Source: Ministeria vibrans ATCC 50519 (lineage: Eukaryota; Protista; Filasterea). Taken from it: a DNA stretch of 64,000 bases. Of this stretch, positions 62,201 to 64,000 are shown piece after piece (position 1 is the first letter of the stretch; each line of letters opens with the position of its first letter). The translations under genes and the position numbers were made by a program. The stretch covers positions 1 through 64,000 of the forward strand of contig CALSCP010002250.1 of assembly GCA_943704425.1 (NCBI GenBank). The letters run 5' to 3'. The notes beneath the pieces were generated by a model. The model saw only the letters and a list, made by a program, of their open reading frames with translations, was not told where the DNA came from and did not search any database.

Positions 62201-64000
62201 TGTGCGAGCCCGTCGTCTGTGGTCCTGCACCCCTCTTCGCCTTTGCAAACAACCACACTATCGTCAATAGCGTCTCAGGTGAGCCCATCGCAGTTACCCC
62301 AACAACTCCCGTCGTCTTTGGTCAGTCTGTTCTCTACACCTGTGCGCCCGGCTACACCCTGTACGGCACGACCTACTCATTGGTGTGTAGCGACTCGGGC
62401 ATGTTCACGCAATCAGCTGTCGCCTGTGCGCCCGTTTCGTGCGGTCTCTCGGTGCCTGACGTAGCGCACACACACGTTGAAGTGGGTCGCAGTGAGCCCT
62501 ACACCTTTGGTGAACACGGTGTTCTTGTCTGTGATCAAGGATACTCCCAAGTGAGCGGTAACGGCTCCTTTGTCTGCAGTGTCTCGGGTGCCTTCATTAT
62601 GGAAAATCCTCTTTCATGCATCGCTTCGGTCTGCACTACACCGCCCAACACTGAAAACGCCACCACCACTGCACCTGGCGCACTTGTTGGTGTCTTGAGT
62701 ACCATTGAGTTCACGTGCCGTCCGGGTCTTGTAGGCTCCTACTCGTACCGTTGCCTTGCACAGGACACCCTGTCGGCGCCCCAACCTGATCCCACCTCGA
62801 CTTGCCGTCCTTGTGTCTGCTCTGCATCCGAACCCGAGATTTCCCATGCCACTCTCAATACGGCAGCAAGCGGGACTCCCCTCGAGTTTGGTGCCACACC
62901 GCTCGAATATACCTGCAACGCTGGCTATGTGCTCACGGCCGCACCGCAGTCAAACTCATCGGCACCGACCACTCTCACGGCTGGCTGTGACTCTGCATGT
63001 CAAGTGGTTCACAGTGGCGTCTGCTTGCCCATTTCGTGCGGTGTAGCTCCCGTAGCAAGTCACGCCACCCGCACAGGACTCACTGCTGTCACCTTTACTG
63101 CACAAGCAGTCTACGTGTGCGACACGGGCTACGAGACGGCGACCGGCACAGACTTTTTCTCGGTTGTGTGCCAAGCAGACGGGACTTTCTCGTCGCCCAG
63201 CCACCCTGGCGGCTGCCAAGCTGTCTCGTGTGCGCCCGAGCCACCTGCCATGGCCCTGGCCGATGGCCCTGTTTGCTCTTCCTCCAGTCTTACCTTTGGC
63301 ACGACATGTGAGTACCAGTGTCAGGCAGGCGTGTCGTCGGGCGGCGCTTTCAATCGTACCTGCACTGCTTCGGGCGAATGGAACAATGCCGTTGCGCAAT
63401 GCTCCCTCTCGGCCTGCCCTTTCGCTCCAGCATATGCCAATGCCCTGGTCAACTGCACGGGTGCATCGCACGGGGACACATGCAAGTACACCTGCGAACC
63501 TGGCTTCGTTGCCAACGCACTGACGCTGCAGTGTGTCACGTCAGCGTGGTCGCCCGCCAATGCGCCCTTTGAATGCGTGCCCATTTCGTGTGGACTCCCG
63601 CCGACCGTTGTCAATGCGCAATTACTCTTGACGACCAATATTACCTTTGGTCAACAGGCACACTACACATGTGACTCGGGCTACGATGACAGTTCGGCAC
63701 TCACTGCCTTTTCTCTTGCCTGTCTTGCATCTGGCTCCTTTGCCTCGGTGCCCACCCCGGCATGCTTGCCCGTCTCGTGTGGTGTCCCACCTAGTGTACC
63801 CTTGAGTTCACGCAGCACTACGGTATCACGCGTCTTTGGCGACCCACCTGTGGTGTACACATGCAATACGGGCCACGGACTACGCTCCAACTCGTCCTTG
63901 TCGACATTTACACGCTCCTGCCAAGCTTCAGGCTCCTTTTCGCCTGCACTTGACTGTACCGTGCGGCTTTGTCCTCTCTCGGATGTGAGCCACGCCACAA
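59294..64000 (+). CDS. Large secreted/cell-surface protein with N-terminal Cys-rich region and about 20 tandem Sushi/CCP modules; runs off the right edge
   Basis: Signal peptide MGTPRILFGLLGVLCGLAGTHA. Three short exons, then a stop-free frame from ~60138 to the end (frame of 60181) with repeated C-G/P..A...Y-x-C-x-x-G-Y/F...C-x-x-x-G-x-F/W...C modules. Confidence 0.88.

Overview
Compact, intron-rich eukaryotic genomic DNA with canonical GT-AG introns, long (CT)n/(CA)n/(AAT)n microsatellites, short AT-rich bidirectional promoters and several assembly gaps. Gene content (IFT43, a KIF19-like kinesin-8, flotillin-2-like, ABCD4, TMEM245, Sushi and EGF modules) suggests a flagellated unicellular eukaryote, plausibly an opisthokont/holozoan relative (inference only). 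About 23 genes can be modelled by hand: FFAT-motif protein (partial), Arp1/centractin, PHYHD1, a spliced 79-aa upstream ORF plus RNF5/RNF185-like RING ligase, PDHB, SLC35D transporter, AT-hook + HA-domain protein, flotillin, F-box/ankyrin protein, an atypical cytochrome P450, a small secreted Cys-rich orphan, IFT43, kinesin-8, cobalamin-dependent methionine synthase, ABCD4, a 52-aa spliced membrane microprotein, a HUWE1-like HECT ligase, TMEM245, a bacterial-type HDAH deacetylase, inositol monophosphatase, a bacterial-type aldo-keto reductase and a giant Sushi/CCP-repeat protein. The most interesting signals are: (1) MetH directly followed by the lysosomal B12 exporter ABCD4 (candidate eukaryotic cobalamin mini-cluster, with a gap caveat); (2) a spliced 79-codon ORF that stops in frame 9 nt before the RING ligase ATG (bicistronic, uORF or readthrough candidate); (3) two small spliced genes absent from the ORF track; (4) a P450 lacking the acid-alcohol pair; (5) a candidate HA-domain/AT-hook transcription factor; (6) a strand-biased intronic TATCACTTTGT repeat unit. 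All homology calls are from motif recognition by eye; no searches were run.
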